DNA of 64,000 bases from Burkholderiaceae bacterium (lineage in GTDB: Bacteria; Pseudomonadota; Gammaproteobacteria; Burkholderiales; Burkholderiaceae_C). Within the stretch, counting starts at the first letter, position 1, and the number at the start of each line of letters is the position of its first letter. Under the pieces are notes generated by a model that saw only the letters and a program-made list of their open reading frames with translations, did not search any database and was not told the DNA's origin. A program made the translations under genes and the position numbers. Positions 33,996 through 43,461 of this stretch are shown here, one piece after another. The stretch covers positions 12,760 through 76,759 of the forward strand of contig DATILI010000168.1 in assembly GCA_035476635.1 (NCBI GenBank), given 5' to 3'.

Positions 33996-35615
33996 ATGTC
34001 CCATGCCAACGGCCTCCCCCGGGCAACAGTAGCCAACCCCGCTTCCAGCACCAGCGTGCGCGAGGCCGTGCTGGATTTGCTGCGCGCCTTCAACATCGAC
34101 ACCATCTTCGGCAACCCAGGTTCGACCGAGCTGCCGCTGTTTCTCGATTTCCCGCCAGACTTCCGCTACATCCTGGGCCTGCAGGAGTCGGTGGTGGTGG
34201 GCATGGCCGACGGCTATGCCCAGGCCACGCGCAACGCCGCCTTTGTCAACCTGCATTCGGCCGCGGGGGTGGGCCATGCCATGGGCAATATCTTCACGGC
34301 ACACAAGAACCGCACACCCATGGTGATCACCGCTGGGCAGCAGGCACGCTCAATCCTTCCATTCGATCCATTTCTGTTCTCGGGGCAAGCCACCGAGCTG
34401 CCCAAGCCCTACGTCAAATGGAGCATCGAGCCCGCACGCGCCGAGGATGTGCCGCTGGCCATTGCGCGCGCCTACTACATCGCCATGCAGCAGCCGCGCG
34501 GGCCGGTGCTGGTGTCGATACCCGCCGACGATTGGGAGAAACCGTGCGAACCCGTGACAGCGCGCGTGGTCAGCACCGAAACACGGCCCGAGCCGCGCGT
34601 GCTGGATGCGATCGGCAACACGCTTGACACAGCCAAACGTCCCGCCTTCGTGGTCGGCGCAGCGGTGGACCGCGATGGCGCCTGGGAAGAGGTGGTCGCG
34701 CTGGCCGAGCGGCATAACGCGGCCGTCTGGGTGGCCCCCATGTCGGGGCGTTGCGGCTTTCCGGAAGACCATCGCCTGTTTGCCGGCTTCCTGCCTGCCA
34801 TGCGCGAAAAAATCGTGAGCCTGCTGGCAGGCCATGACGTGATATTTGCCCTGGGCGCCGCGGCCTTCACCTACCACGTCGAAGGCTTTGGCCCCCATGT
34901 GCCACCCGACGCCCAATTGGTGCAACTGATTGAAGACCCGAGCATCGCTGCCTGGGCCCCCATGGGCACGTCCGTCGTGGGCAGTGTCCGCCTGGGAGTG
35001 CAAGACCTGCTGGCCCGCCCCGCGCCTGACGCCAGGGCTTTGCCGGCACCACGCCAACTGCGCCCGCGGGCCGAGCCGTCCACGTTGATGAGTGTGGCTT
35101 ATGTCATGCAGTCCCTGGCCGAAGTGCGCGCTGCCGACACCATCGTGGTGGAAGAGGCGCCCAGTTCGCGATCGGCCATGCAGAACTACCTGCCTATCCT
35201 GCAAAGCGAAACGTTCTACACCATGTGCAGCGGCGGTCTGGGTCACGGCTTGCCAGCCGCCGTGGGTATTGCGCTGGCCAAGCCAGATAAAAAGGTCATT
35301 GCTCTGCTCGGCGACGGCTCCAGCATGTACTCCATCCAGGCCCTGTGGAGTGCGGCGCAGCTCAGGCTGCCCATGACCTTCGTTATTTTGAAAAACCGCC
35401 GCTATGCAGCGTTGCAGGAGTTCGCGCCCACCTTTGGCTTCAAGGTCGACGACAAACTGGCAGGCACCGACCTGCCCGACCTCGACTTTCTGGCGCTGGC
35501 CCGGGGACAGGGCTGCGATGCCGTCCGCGTGAGCGATGCCGCAAAACTTCACGACGTTCTGCGCGAAGCCCTCCAGTCCCTGCGCCCCATCCTCGTCGAG
35601 GTGGACGTCGCCTGA
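33996..35615 (+). CDS. mdlC: Benzoylformate decarboxylase (ThDP-dependent)
   Basis: Collinear similarity to Pseudomonas putida BFD as recalled: IDTIFGNPGSTELPLFLDFPPDFRYILGLQESVVVGMADGYAQA..FVNLHSAAGVGHAMGNI, VKWSIEPA, and the ThDP motif GDGSSMYSIQALWSAAQ. Confidence 0.9.
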   Translation: MSHANGLPRATVANPASSTSVREAVLDLLRAFNIDTIFGNPGSTELPLFLDFPPDFRYILGLQESVVVGMADGYAQATRNAAFVNLHSAAGVGHAMGNIFTAHKNRTPMVITAGQQARSILPFDPFLFSGQATELPKPYVKWSIEPARAEDVPLAIARAYYIAMQQPRGPVLVSIPADDWEKPCEPVTARVVSTETRPEPRVLDAIGNTLDTAKRPAFVVGAAVDRDGAWEEVVALAERHNAAVWVAPMSGRCGFPEDHRLFAGFLPAMREKIVSLLAGHDVIFALGAAAFTYHVEGFGPHVPPDAQLVQLIEDPSIAAWAPMGTSVVGSVRLGVQDLLARPAPDARALPAPRQLRPRAEPSTLMSVAYVMQSLAEVRAADTIVVEEAPSSRSAMQNYLPILQSETFYTMCSGGLGHGLPAAVGIALAKPDKKVIALLGDGSSMYSIQALWSAAQLRLPMTFVILKNRRYAALQEFAPTFGFKVDDKLAGTDLPDLDFLALARGQGCDAVRVSDAAKLHDVLREALQSLRPILVEVDVA

Positions 35616-35665
35616 CCTGACACCGATTTTCGATCCGCCACCTTCCAACCCGCCGGACACTTTCA

Positions 35666-37117
35666 ATGACCACCATTTCCATGCTCATCAACGGTGAGCT
35701 CCAACAGGCCAGCAACGGCGCCGTTTTCCAACGCCGCAACCCGCTGGACGGCAGCGTGGCGACCACGGCACCAGCGGCCACGCCCGCCGATGCGGTGGCC
35801 GCCGTGGAGGCGGCCGCCCATGCCTTCAAAAGCTGGAGCCAAACCGGCCCCGGCCAGCGTCGCGCCTTGCTGTTGAAAGCCGCCCACGCCCTTGAATCCA
35901 AAACCCAGGCCTTCACCGCTGCGATGGCCACGGAAACCGGCGCTTCGGGCATGTGGGCAGGTTTCAACGTGCATCTGGCCGCCAGCATGCTGGGAGAGGC
36001 GGCCGCCATGACCACGCAGATCAGTGGCGAAGTCATTCCGTCCGACGTGCCCGGCAGTCTGGCGATGGGCGTGCGCCAGCCCGCGGGCGTGGTGCTCGGC
36101 ATTGCGCCGTGGAACGCGCCCGTCATCCTCGGGGTGCGCGCGATCGCCACGCCGCTGGCCTGCGGCAATACGGTGGTGCTCAAAGGTTCGGAACTGTGCC
36201 CGGCCACCCACGGCCTGATCATCGAAGCCTTGCAGGAAGCGGGTTTGCCCAAAGGAGTGGTCAACTTTGTCACCAATGCTCCGGCCGATGCCGGTGCGGT
36301 GGTGGAAGCCATGATCGCCCACCCGGCGGTGCGCCGCGTCAACTTCACCGGTTCCACCCATGTCGGCAAGCTCATTGCGGCCACCTGCGCGAAATACCTC
36401 AAGCCTGTCGTCCTGGAACTGGGCGGCAAGGCGCCGCTGGTGGTGCTGGACGACGCCGACCTCGACGCGGCGGTGCAGGCCGCGGCCTTCGGCGCGTTCG
36501 CCAACTCGGGCCAAATCTGCATGTCCACCGAGCGCATCATCGTGGACAACAAGATCGGTGACGAATTCGTCGCCAAGCTGGCGGCCAAGGCGCGGAGCCT
36601 CCCGCTGGGCGATCCCCGCAAAGGTCCGGTCGTGCTCGGCTCGGTGGTGGACATGGCCACCGTGCACCGCTGCAACGCGCTGGTGGACGACGCCCTTGCC
36701 AAGGGTGCCAGACTGATCTGCGGCGGACGTGCCGACAGCACGCTGATGCCCGCGACCTTGCTCGACCATGTCACACACGCGATGCGGATCTACAGCGAGG
36801 AGGCCTTTGGTCCCGTCAAAGGCATTGTGCGGGTCAATGGTGTCGAAGAATCCGTGGCCTGCGCCAACGACAACGAGTTTGGCCTGTCCGCCGCCGTGTT
36901 TGGCGGCGACATCGCCCGCGCAATGCAAGTGGCCCAGCGCATCGATTCCGGCATTTGCCACGTCAACGGCCCGACGGTGCATGACGAAGCGCAGATGCCG
37001 TTTGGCGGTGTCAAGGGCAGCGGCATCGGGCGCTTCGGCGGCAAGGCCGGCATTGCCGAATTCACCGAACTGCGCTGGATCACTGTGCAGACCACACCGC
37101 GGCACTACCCTTTCTAA
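35666..37117 (+). CDS. NAD(P)+-dependent aromatic aldehyde dehydrogenase (benzaldehyde/vanillin dehydrogenase-like)
   Basis: ALDH motifs are present: IAPWNAP, FTGSTHVGK, LELGGKAP and NSGQICMSTERI (catalytic Cys), plus PFGGVKGSGIGRFGG. Confidence 0.92.
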   Translation: MTTISMLINGELQQASNGAVFQRRNPLDGSVATTAPAATPADAVAAVEAAAHAFKSWSQTGPGQRRALLLKAAHALESKTQAFTAAMATETGASGMWAGFNVHLAASMLGEAAAMTTQISGEVIPSDVPGSLAMGVRQPAGVVLGIAPWNAPVILGVRAIATPLACGNTVVLKGSELCPATHGLIIEALQEAGLPKGVVNFVTNAPADAGAVVEAMIAHPAVRRVNFTGSTHVGKLIAATCAKYLKPVVLELGGKAPLVVLDDADLDAAVQAAAFGAFANSGQICMSTERIIVDNKIGDEFVAKLAAKARSLPLGDPRKGPVVLGSVVDMATVHRCNALVDDALAKGARLICGGRADSTLMPATLLDHVTHAMRIYSEEAFGPVKGIVRVNGVEESVACANDNEFGLSAAVFGGDIARAMQVAQRIDSGICHVNGPTVHDEAQMPFGGVKGSGIGRFGGKAGIAEFTELRWITVQTTPRHYPF

Positions 37118-37135
37118 CATCACCCGGCAAAAACC

Positions 37136-38152
37136 ATGCGTCACAAATTCAAGTCAAACAGCCCCGTAGCGCCCGTGAGGCGGACACTTTCAGCTCTCAT
37201 TTTGGGAGCAACCGCCCTGCTCACCGCGTTGAGCCCGCTGACAGCATCGGCGCAGGCTTGGCCCAGCAAACCGATCAAGGTCATCGTCAACTTCCCCCCC
37301 GGCGGTGCCGCGGACCAGATTGCCCGCGCCATCACCGTGCCGCTGCAAGAAGCGCTGGGCCAGCCGGTCGTGGTGGACAACCGCGCCGGTGCGGGTGGCA
37401 ACATCGGCGGCGATATCGCGGCCAAATCACCGCCCGACGGCTACACCCTGCTGCTGACCTCGGGCGGGCTGGTGTCCATCAACCCGGCGATCTACCCCAG
37501 GATGCCCTTTGACCCGACCAAGGACATCATCCCGGTGGCAGCTGCGGCGCGGGTGCTGGTGTTCCTGGAGGTCAGGCCCAGCCTGCCTGTCAAGGATGCG
37601 AAGGAGTTCATCGCCTACGTCAAGGCCCATCCCGGCAGGCTGACCTACGGCTCGCCGGGCAATGGCTCGTCACCGCATCTGGCCGGTGAAATGTTCAAGG
37701 ACATGGCCCAGGCTTTTGCCGTGCACGTGCCTTACCGTGGAGCATCACCCGCCATGCAAGACCTGCTGGGCGGCATGGTGGACTTCATGTTCGACCCCGG
37801 CATCGGGCTGAACCATGTGCGCGCGGGCAAGCTCAAGCTGCTGGCGGTGGGCAGCCCCAAGCGCTCGCCCCTGTTCCCGGACGTCCCCACGCTCAACGAA
37901 ATCGGCCTCAAGGGCTTTGATGCCGACACCGTGTTCGGCTTTTACGCCCCGGCCGGCTTGCCAGTCGAAATCGTGACGCGGCTGAACCGCGAGATCAACA
38001 AGATTCTGGGCACCCAGGCCGTCAAGGAGCGCATTGCCGCGCTTGGCGGCGAAGTCGCCCCCATGACACCCGCCCAGTTCGGCGCCAAGGCCCAAGAAGA
38101 CAAGGCGCGCTTTGGCAAGCTGATCCGCGAACGGCGGATCACGGGCGATTGA
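37136..38152 (+). CDS. Bug/TctC-family periplasmic substrate-binding protein
   Basis: Signal peptide ..LTALSPLTASAQA, then WPSKPIKVIVNFPPGGAADQIAR and VDNRAGAGGNIG. Confidence 0.9.
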   Translation: MRHKFKSNSPVAPVRRTLSALILGATALLTALSPLTASAQAWPSKPIKVIVNFPPGGAADQIARAITVPLQEALGQPVVVDNRAGAGGNIGGDIAAKSPPDGYTLLLTSGGLVSINPAIYPRMPFDPTKDIIPVAAAARVLVFLEVRPSLPVKDAKEFIAYVKAHPGRLTYGSPGNGSSPHLAGEMFKDMAQAFAVHVPYRGASPAMQDLLGGMVDFMFDPGIGLNHVRAGKLKLLAVGSPKRSPLFPDVPTLNEIGLKGFDADTVFGFYAPAGLPVEIVTRLNREINKILGTQAVKERIAALGGEVAPMTPAQFGAKAQEDKARFGKLIRERRITGD

Positions 38153-38180
38153 TGGACTGGACAACCAAGGAAATGTCCCC

Positions 38181-39614
38181 ATGCATGCACTGATTGAGCA
38201 ACTGGCACCGCACTTTCGCAGCCACCAATTGCTGACCGGGAACGCCGTGGACGCGCGCTTCCTGCACGACTGGATGGTCACGCTGCCCCACGGCATGCCG
38301 CTGGCCGTGATCCGGCCCAAAACCACCGCCGAGGTGTCACTGGTGCTGGCCGCCTGCCATGCCCACGGTGTGCCGGTGGTGCCGCAGGGCGGGCTGACAG
38401 GCTTGGCCGGCGGCGCCGTCCCGGTAGACGCTGGCGTGGTCTTGAACCTGGAGTTGATGCAGGGCATCGAAGAGATCGATGCGGCCGCCAGCACGATGAC
38501 GGCCTGGGCCGGCACGACCCTGCAGGCGGTGCAGGAATCCGCCAGCGCAGCCGGGCTGTTCTTCCCGCTGGATATCGGCGGGCGCGGCTCTTGCCGTATC
38601 GGCGGCAATGTAGCTACCAATGCCGGCGGCAACCGCGTGCTGCGCTTTGGCATGGCACGCGAATCGGTGCTGGGCATGGAGGTGGTTCTGGCCGACGGCA
38701 CGGTCATCACGTCGTTGAACAAAATGCTCAAGAACAACGCGGGCTACGACCTCAAGCATTTGTTCATCGGAAGCGAGGGCACGCTGGGGGTGGTGACCCG
38801 CCTGGTGCTGCGGCTCCACGCCCAGCCGCGCAGTCGCTGCACCGCGCTGTGCGCGCTGGCGGACTACGCGGCGGTGCTCCAGCTCCTGGGCCATGTGCGC
38901 AGCAGGCTGCCCGGCAGCTTGTCGGCCTTCGAGTGGATGCACCCTGATTTCTACGAGCGGGTCACCCGCGGTGTGGCCGGGCTCACCACGCCCTTGCCCT
39001 ACGGCAACGGCACCGGGCAGCGTCATGGGGCGTATGTGCTGATTGAATCGCTGGGCGGCGACCAGGCGAGCGACCAGGCCATCTTCGAGGCCGTGCTGGG
39101 AGAAGCACTGGAGAGCGGGGTGGTGATGGACGCCGTGGTTGCGCAGTCCGAATCGGAAACCGCCGCACTGTGGCGCGTGCGCGATGCCTCGGGCGAATTC
39201 CGCCAGGTGTTCTGGCCCCATGTCGGCTTTGATGTGAGCCTGCCGACTGGCGACATCGGCCGCTTCGTCGAACAGCTCACGGCCCAGCTGCACGCCAGCT
39301 GGCCCGATGTGGGCACCGTGTTTTTTGGCCATATCGGCGATGCCAACATCCACATCGGCGTCAAGGTGGGTGCGGGTGAGCAACCCGAACAGGCCATTGA
39401 AGAACTTGTCTATGCGCTGGTGAGCCAATGGCGCGGCTCGGTATCGGCCGAACACGGCATCGGCCTGTTGAAAAAGCCCTACCTCGGGCATTCGCGCTCC
39501 GCGGAGGAAATCGCCTTGATGCGCCGCGTGAAAGCCGCGCTCGACCCCAAAGGCATTCTGAATCCCGGAAAAGTGTTCGATTCGTTCCCAACAGAAGCTT
39601 CCCCCAACCCTTAG
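38181..39614 (+). CDS. FAD-linked oxidase (GlcD / D-2-hydroxyacid dehydrogenase family)
   Basis: The FAD_binding_4 pattern is present: VIRPKTTAEVSLVLAACHAHGVPVVPQGGLTGLAGGAVP, GGNVATNAGG, NNAGYDL and GSEGTLGVVT. The C-terminus has SAEHGIGLLK. Confidence 0.9.
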   Translation: MHALIEQLAPHFRSHQLLTGNAVDARFLHDWMVTLPHGMPLAVIRPKTTAEVSLVLAACHAHGVPVVPQGGLTGLAGGAVPVDAGVVLNLELMQGIEEIDAAASTMTAWAGTTLQAVQESASAAGLFFPLDIGGRGSCRIGGNVATNAGGNRVLRFGMARESVLGMEVVLADGTVITSLNKMLKNNAGYDLKHLFIGSEGTLGVVTRLVLRLHAQPRSRCTALCALADYAAVLQLLGHVRSRLPGSLSAFEWMHPDFYERVTRGVAGLTTPLPYGNGTGQRHGAYVLIESLGGDQASDQAIFEAVLGEALESGVVMDAVVAQSESETAALWRVRDASGEFRQVFWPHVGFDVSLPTGDIGRFVEQLTAQLHASWPDVGTVFFGHIGDANIHIGVKVGAGEQPEQAIEELVYALVSQWRGSVSAEHGIGLLKKPYLGHSRSAEEIALMRRVKAALDPKGILNPGKVFDSFPTEASPNP

Positions 39615-39626
39615 TGGAGACACCCG

Positions 39627-40601
39627 ATGTACAGACGCACGTTCAACCAATCCCTGGTCGCGCTGGCCTCAAGCCTGAGCACAACCATGACCCTGGCTCA
39701 GGCCAACGACAACAAGCCCATTGAATGGGTGGTCGGCTTTGCCGCAGGTGGAGGTTCAGACGCCGTGGCGCGAGCCGTGGCCGAATCCATGTCCAAGAGT
39801 TTGAGTCGCACCATCGTCGTGAACAACAAGCCTGGCGCGGGCACCAATATTGCGGCCGAATACGCGGCCCGCTCCAAGGACTATGGCAACATCGTTTTCA
39901 CCGCCGACTTTGCGACACTGGCGGCCAATCCGCACCTGTTCTCCAAGCTGGCCTACAACGCTGAAAAGGACTTCGCTCCGGTGGGCTTGCTGGCCCGTTT
40001 TCCGCTATTTTTTGCGGTGTCCAGCAGTGTCCCTGCCAACAACATGAAAGAGTTTCTGGCCTGGGCCAAAAGAAACCCCAACGGCACCAATTACGCCAGC
40101 CCCGGCTTGGGCACGCCGCACCATCTGGCGACGGAGTTGTTTCGCGCGCGCACCGACCTCAACCTCACCCATGTGCCCTACCGCGGCGGCGCACCGGCCA
40201 TTGTGGACGTGATGGGCGGACAGGTGCCATTCATGCTGATTGACAGTGCCTCGGTGGTCTCCCACATGAAGGCGGGAAAGGTCAAAATCATCGGCGTGGC
40301 CAGCGCGCAGCGTCTCAAGAACTACCCCGAGATTCCCACGTTGATCGAGCAGGGCATCGCGGATTTTGAAGCCTACGCCTGGCAAGGCCTGGCGGTGCCC
40401 ATCGGCACATCGCCTGACACGATCGCTCAGTTGAGCAAGGCCTTGCTGGCTGCACTGGATTCCGCCACGGTCAAGGCACGCTTCGATGCCCTGGCGGTGG
40501 ACCCGCTGCCCAGCACGCCTGCACAGATGGCCAGCTACGCCGCCAGTGAGAAAGAACGCTGGGGGCGTGTGATTCGCAGCGTTGGCGTCAAGCTGGACTG
40601 A
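39627..40601 (+). CDS. Bug/TctC-family periplasmic substrate-binding protein
   Basis: Signal peptide ..LSTTMTLAQA, then KPIEWVVGFAAGGGSDAVAR and VNNKPGAGTNIA. Confidence 0.9.
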   Translation: MYRRTFNQSLVALASSLSTTMTLAQANDNKPIEWVVGFAAGGGSDAVARAVAESMSKSLSRTIVVNNKPGAGTNIAAEYAARSKDYGNIVFTADFATLAANPHLFSKLAYNAEKDFAPVGLLARFPLFFAVSSSVPANNMKEFLAWAKRNPNGTNYASPGLGTPHHLATELFRARTDLNLTHVPYRGGAPAIVDVMGGQVPFMLIDSASVVSHMKAGKVKIIGVASAQRLKNYPEIPTLIEQGIADFEAYAWQGLAVPIGTSPDTIAQLSKALLAALDSATVKARFDALAVDPLPSTPAQMASYAASEKERWGRVIRSVGVKLD

Positions 40602-40609
40602 CGGGCGGC

Positions 40610-41746
40610 ATGCCATTGAACATCGAACACCATCGCCGCGCCGCGCGGCGGGTGTTGCCGCGCTTTGTGTTCGAGTATGTGGACGGCGCCGCCGACGACG
40701 AGGCCTGCCTGGCGCGCAACCGGCGCGACTTCGACGCCATCACGCTCACGCCGCGCGTGCTGCGTGACACCAGTCGCATTGACACCTCAATCGAAGTCTT
40801 CGGCTCGACCTGGCGCCATCCGTTCGCGGTGGCGCCGACGGGGTTGAATGGGCTGGTGCGTCCGGGCGGCGATGCATTGATCGCCGCCGCGGCTGCCGCA
40901 GCCGGAGTGCCGTTCACGCTGTCGACCGCATCGAACCAGCGACTGGAAACCGTGCGCCAGGCGGCGCCGGGCGGGGAGCAATGGCTACAGCTTTACGTCA
41001 TGCAGGATCGCGCAATCGCCGAGCAAATGGTGGCGCGCGCGGAGGCCGGAGGCTACCGCGCCCTCGTGCTCACCGTCGATGTGCCGGTGAGCGGCAACCG
41101 TGAGCGCGATGCGCGCAACGGCTTCAAGCTGCCGATGCGTCCCACGCCCAGCCTGGTGTGGGACGTGGTCAGCCACCCGCGCTGGGCGCTGCGCCAGGCC
41201 CTGGGGGAGGCGCCCAAATTCGCGAACCTGGTGGCTGACCCGAAGGCCAAGCTCTCGGCGCAGGCGCAGGCCGCGCTGCTGGCGCGCGCGATGGATCGCA
41301 CGCTGGTGTGGGACAGCCTGCGCTGGCTGCGCTCGATCTGGAAAGGGCCTGTGCTGCTCAAGGGCCTGTTGCATCCCGCCGATGCGGCGCTGGCGCTCGA
41401 ACACGGCGTCGACGGCCTGATTGTTTCCAACCACGGCGGGCGGCAGTTCGATGCCGCACCATCGGCCATCACCGCCCTGCCCGCCGTCGTCGATGCCGTG
41501 CACGGGCGAGTGCCGGTGTTCATGGACAGCGGCGTGCGTCGCGGCACCGATGTAGCTCGCGCGCTCGCACTGGGCGCGCGCGCGGTGTTCATCGGCCGCC
41601 CGGTGCTCTATGGGCTGGCGGGCGAAGGGCAGACCGGTGTCGGGGCCGTCCTGCGACTGCTCGGCGAAGAGTTCGAACGGTGCATGGTTTTGCTCGGAGC
41701 AGTTCGCCCGGGCGAGATCGGCGCCTTCGTCGTGAATCCGCGCTGA
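40610..41746 (+). CDS. FMN-dependent alpha-hydroxyacid dehydrogenase (L-mandelate/L-lactate dehydrogenase family)
   Basis: ARRVLPRFVFEYVDGAADDEA, LTVDVPVSGNRERD, LIVSNHGGRQFD and DSGVRRGTDVARALALGA are typical FMN_dh motifs. The operon context suggests mandelate, but specificity is not proven. Confidence 0.9.
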   Translation: MPLNIEHHRRAARRVLPRFVFEYVDGAADDEACLARNRRDFDAITLTPRVLRDTSRIDTSIEVFGSTWRHPFAVAPTGLNGLVRPGGDALIAAAAAAAGVPFTLSTASNQRLETVRQAAPGGEQWLQLYVMQDRAIAEQMVARAEAGGYRALVLTVDVPVSGNRERDARNGFKLPMRPTPSLVWDVVSHPRWALRQALGEAPKFANLVADPKAKLSAQAQAALLARAMDRTLVWDSLRWLRSIWKGPVLLKGLLHPADAALALEHGVDGLIVSNHGGRQFDAAPSAITALPAVVDAVHGRVPVFMDSGVRRGTDVARALALGARAVFIGRPVLYGLAGEGQTGVGAVLRLLGEEFERCMVLLGAVRPGEIGAFVVNPR

Positions 41747-41758
41747 ACAATCCCTCCA

Positions 41759-41783
41759 GGGGCGCGTCTCTTCATTGCGCCCC
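41759..41783. terminator. GC-rich hairpin between convergent genes (possible bidirectional terminator)
   Basis: ggggcgc-N11-gcgcccc read directly. Only a weak T tract (gaatttg) follows. Confidence 0.35.
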
Positions 41784-41855
41784 GAATTTGCGCGTAGGTC
41801 GCCCGCGGCATCTCCGCCCGCGCGATACAGGAAGCACGCGAGGTGTGGAGCCGCG

Positions 41856-42923
41856 TCAAGCCGCAGAAATGAAGGTGTCGAGTTCGGTGTTGAAGAGCGA
41901 CGGGTTGCGCGCAAAGAAGGAATGGCCTTCACCGCTGAAGTTGGTGACGGTGAAACCACAGGCTTCGTAGTAGGCCTTGGTGTTCGTGGTCTGGTTGACC
42001 GCATCGGCGCCGCCATTGATGATCTTCACTCGCGATCGAGTGGCCGCGGACAGCCCCGTGAAGAACGGCCGGAAATCGCTTGCACGAGAGATGGCCTGAC
42101 GCGCAGCGGGCGGGGCCAAAACGTTGAACGCCACGTTCTCCAGTACCTCGTCCCGCGTTGCCGGGGCTCGCCCACTGACAGCATCGCTCAAGGCGAGTTG
42201 CACAAAATCGGCCAAACCGGTGACGACGTCGTGATATGTCGAGGGTGCGTTGGTCAACCGATTGAAATCGAGCGTCTTGGGATAGGTTGCGAAAAATGCC
42301 GGGCTGAGCACCGTGTCGGCGCCACCACCGCCTGGGGTTCCGGGTGGCAGGAGGACGGGGCTTCCACCGGTGAGCACGATCTTCTTGGCCGCACCCAATC
42401 CCTGATTGACACGCATATAGTCGGCGATCACCGTCGCGCCGTATGACCAGCCGACCAGCACAGGTGCATTGAGCGACAGGCCCGAAATCACCGCCGCCAC
42501 GTCGTTGGCCCAGAGTGCGGAAGACGCCACGTCGTCATTGGCAATGGAGTACTTGTTGCTAGCGAGAGCGGCAAGCGGGCGCCCCGTGTCATCGAGCGCG
42601 CCCAACGCACCTTGGGATTGACCATGACCGCGCAGGTCAACGGCGATCAGCCGATACTTCGCCAGCAACTCGCTCGAGCTGAATTGGGCACGCCACGAAA
42701 GCGCTGATTGGGCTATCCCGTGAATGAACACAATGGGCTGCTTGTCAACGCCGCCGGTGTCGATGACGCTGAGATTGACCCCGTCACTGGTCGTTACTCG
42801 CTTTCGCGCTGGACTCGATGCGCACTGCGCGATTGCGGGCCGACCGCCCCCGCCGCCGCACGCAACGAGTGCGGCGACCATCGCCGAATTTCCGCCAATT
42901 TTCAACCACTGCCTGCGTTCCAT
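41856..42923 (-). CDS. Alpha/beta-fold hydrolase, predicted lipoprotein
   Basis: Start at MERRQWLKIGGNSAMVAALVACGG (lipobox). PIVFIHGIAQSALSW and the nucleophile elbow VGWSYGA are present. Confidence 0.8.
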   Translation of the reverse strand: MERRQWLKIGGNSAMVAALVACGGGGGRPAIAQCASSPARKRVTTSDGVNLSVIDTGGVDKQPIVFIHGIAQSALSWRAQFSSSELLAKYRLIAVDLRGHGQSQGALGALDDTGRPLAALASNKYSIANDDVASSALWANDVAAVISGLSLNAPVLVGWSYGATVIADYMRVNQGLGAAKKIVLTGGSPVLLPPGTPGGGGADTVLSPAFFATYPKTLDFNRLTNAPSTYHDVVTGLADFVQLALSDAVSGRAPATRDEVLENVAFNVLAPPAARQAISRASDFRPFFTGLSAATRSRVKIINGGADAVNQTTNTKAYYEACGFTVTNFSGEGHSFFARNPSLFNTELDTFISAA

Positions 42924-43080
42924 GTTGTCTCCTTCATTTGTTGTTACTTGACGTCGCGGGTAAGCGCGACCCATCGATTCCGTGAACGCGGCGTGCGTCA
43001 CGGACCACGCATGCGAATCTAGGAAGTGCGCAGCGGCGTGTCTTGCGTTAACTTGTTGAGAGAAGGGCTTACTAGCGACC

Positions 43081-43125
43081 AGTAGCCATTTGACGCAAGA
43101 CGGCGATTTTTGGGTTTCATATATT
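43081..43125 (+). repeat. Conserved ~46-nt intergenic motif, copy 2 (upstream of the ferredoxin gene)
   Basis: Aligns with 32752..32797. Its core TTGACGCAAGAC (43090-43101) is also present inverted as GTCTTGCGTTAA at 43040-43051. Confidence 0.6.
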
Positions 43126-43188
43126 CATGCCGATGACTATCCAAGCGCATGAAGCGACGAGGACCCAGGGCGAGAACGGGACACGGAC

Positions 43189-43461
43189 ATGAGTTTCGTC
43201 ATCGCGGCACCGTGCGTGGCGGACTATTCCTGTGCGCAAGTCTGCCCCATCGTCGATTGCATCAGCCCATCGCCTGCCGATCCCCGTTTCGACCGGGCGG
43301 AGCAGCTGTACATCAATCCGGACACCTGCATCGGTTGCGGCGCCTGCGTGGACGTCTGCCCTGTCCTGGCGATCTTCGAATCGAGCAAGCTCCCGCCGAA
43401 GTGGGAGCATTACGCGCAGATCAACCGTGACTACTTCGCATCGGAGACGCGGTCCACATGA
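43189..43461 (+). CDS. fdxA: 7Fe-type ferredoxin ([3Fe-4S][4Fe-4S], mycobacterial FdxA-like)
   Basis: MSFVIAAPCVADYSCAQVCPIVDCI...LYINPDTCIGCGACVDVCPVLAI has cysteine spacing Cx6CxxxCP plus CxxCxxCxxxCP, as in FdxA-type ferredoxins. Confidence 0.9.
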   Translation: MSFVIAAPCVADYSCAQVCPIVDCISPSPADPRFDRAEQLYINPDTCIGCGACVDVCPVLAIFESSKLPPKWEHYAQINRDYFASETRST

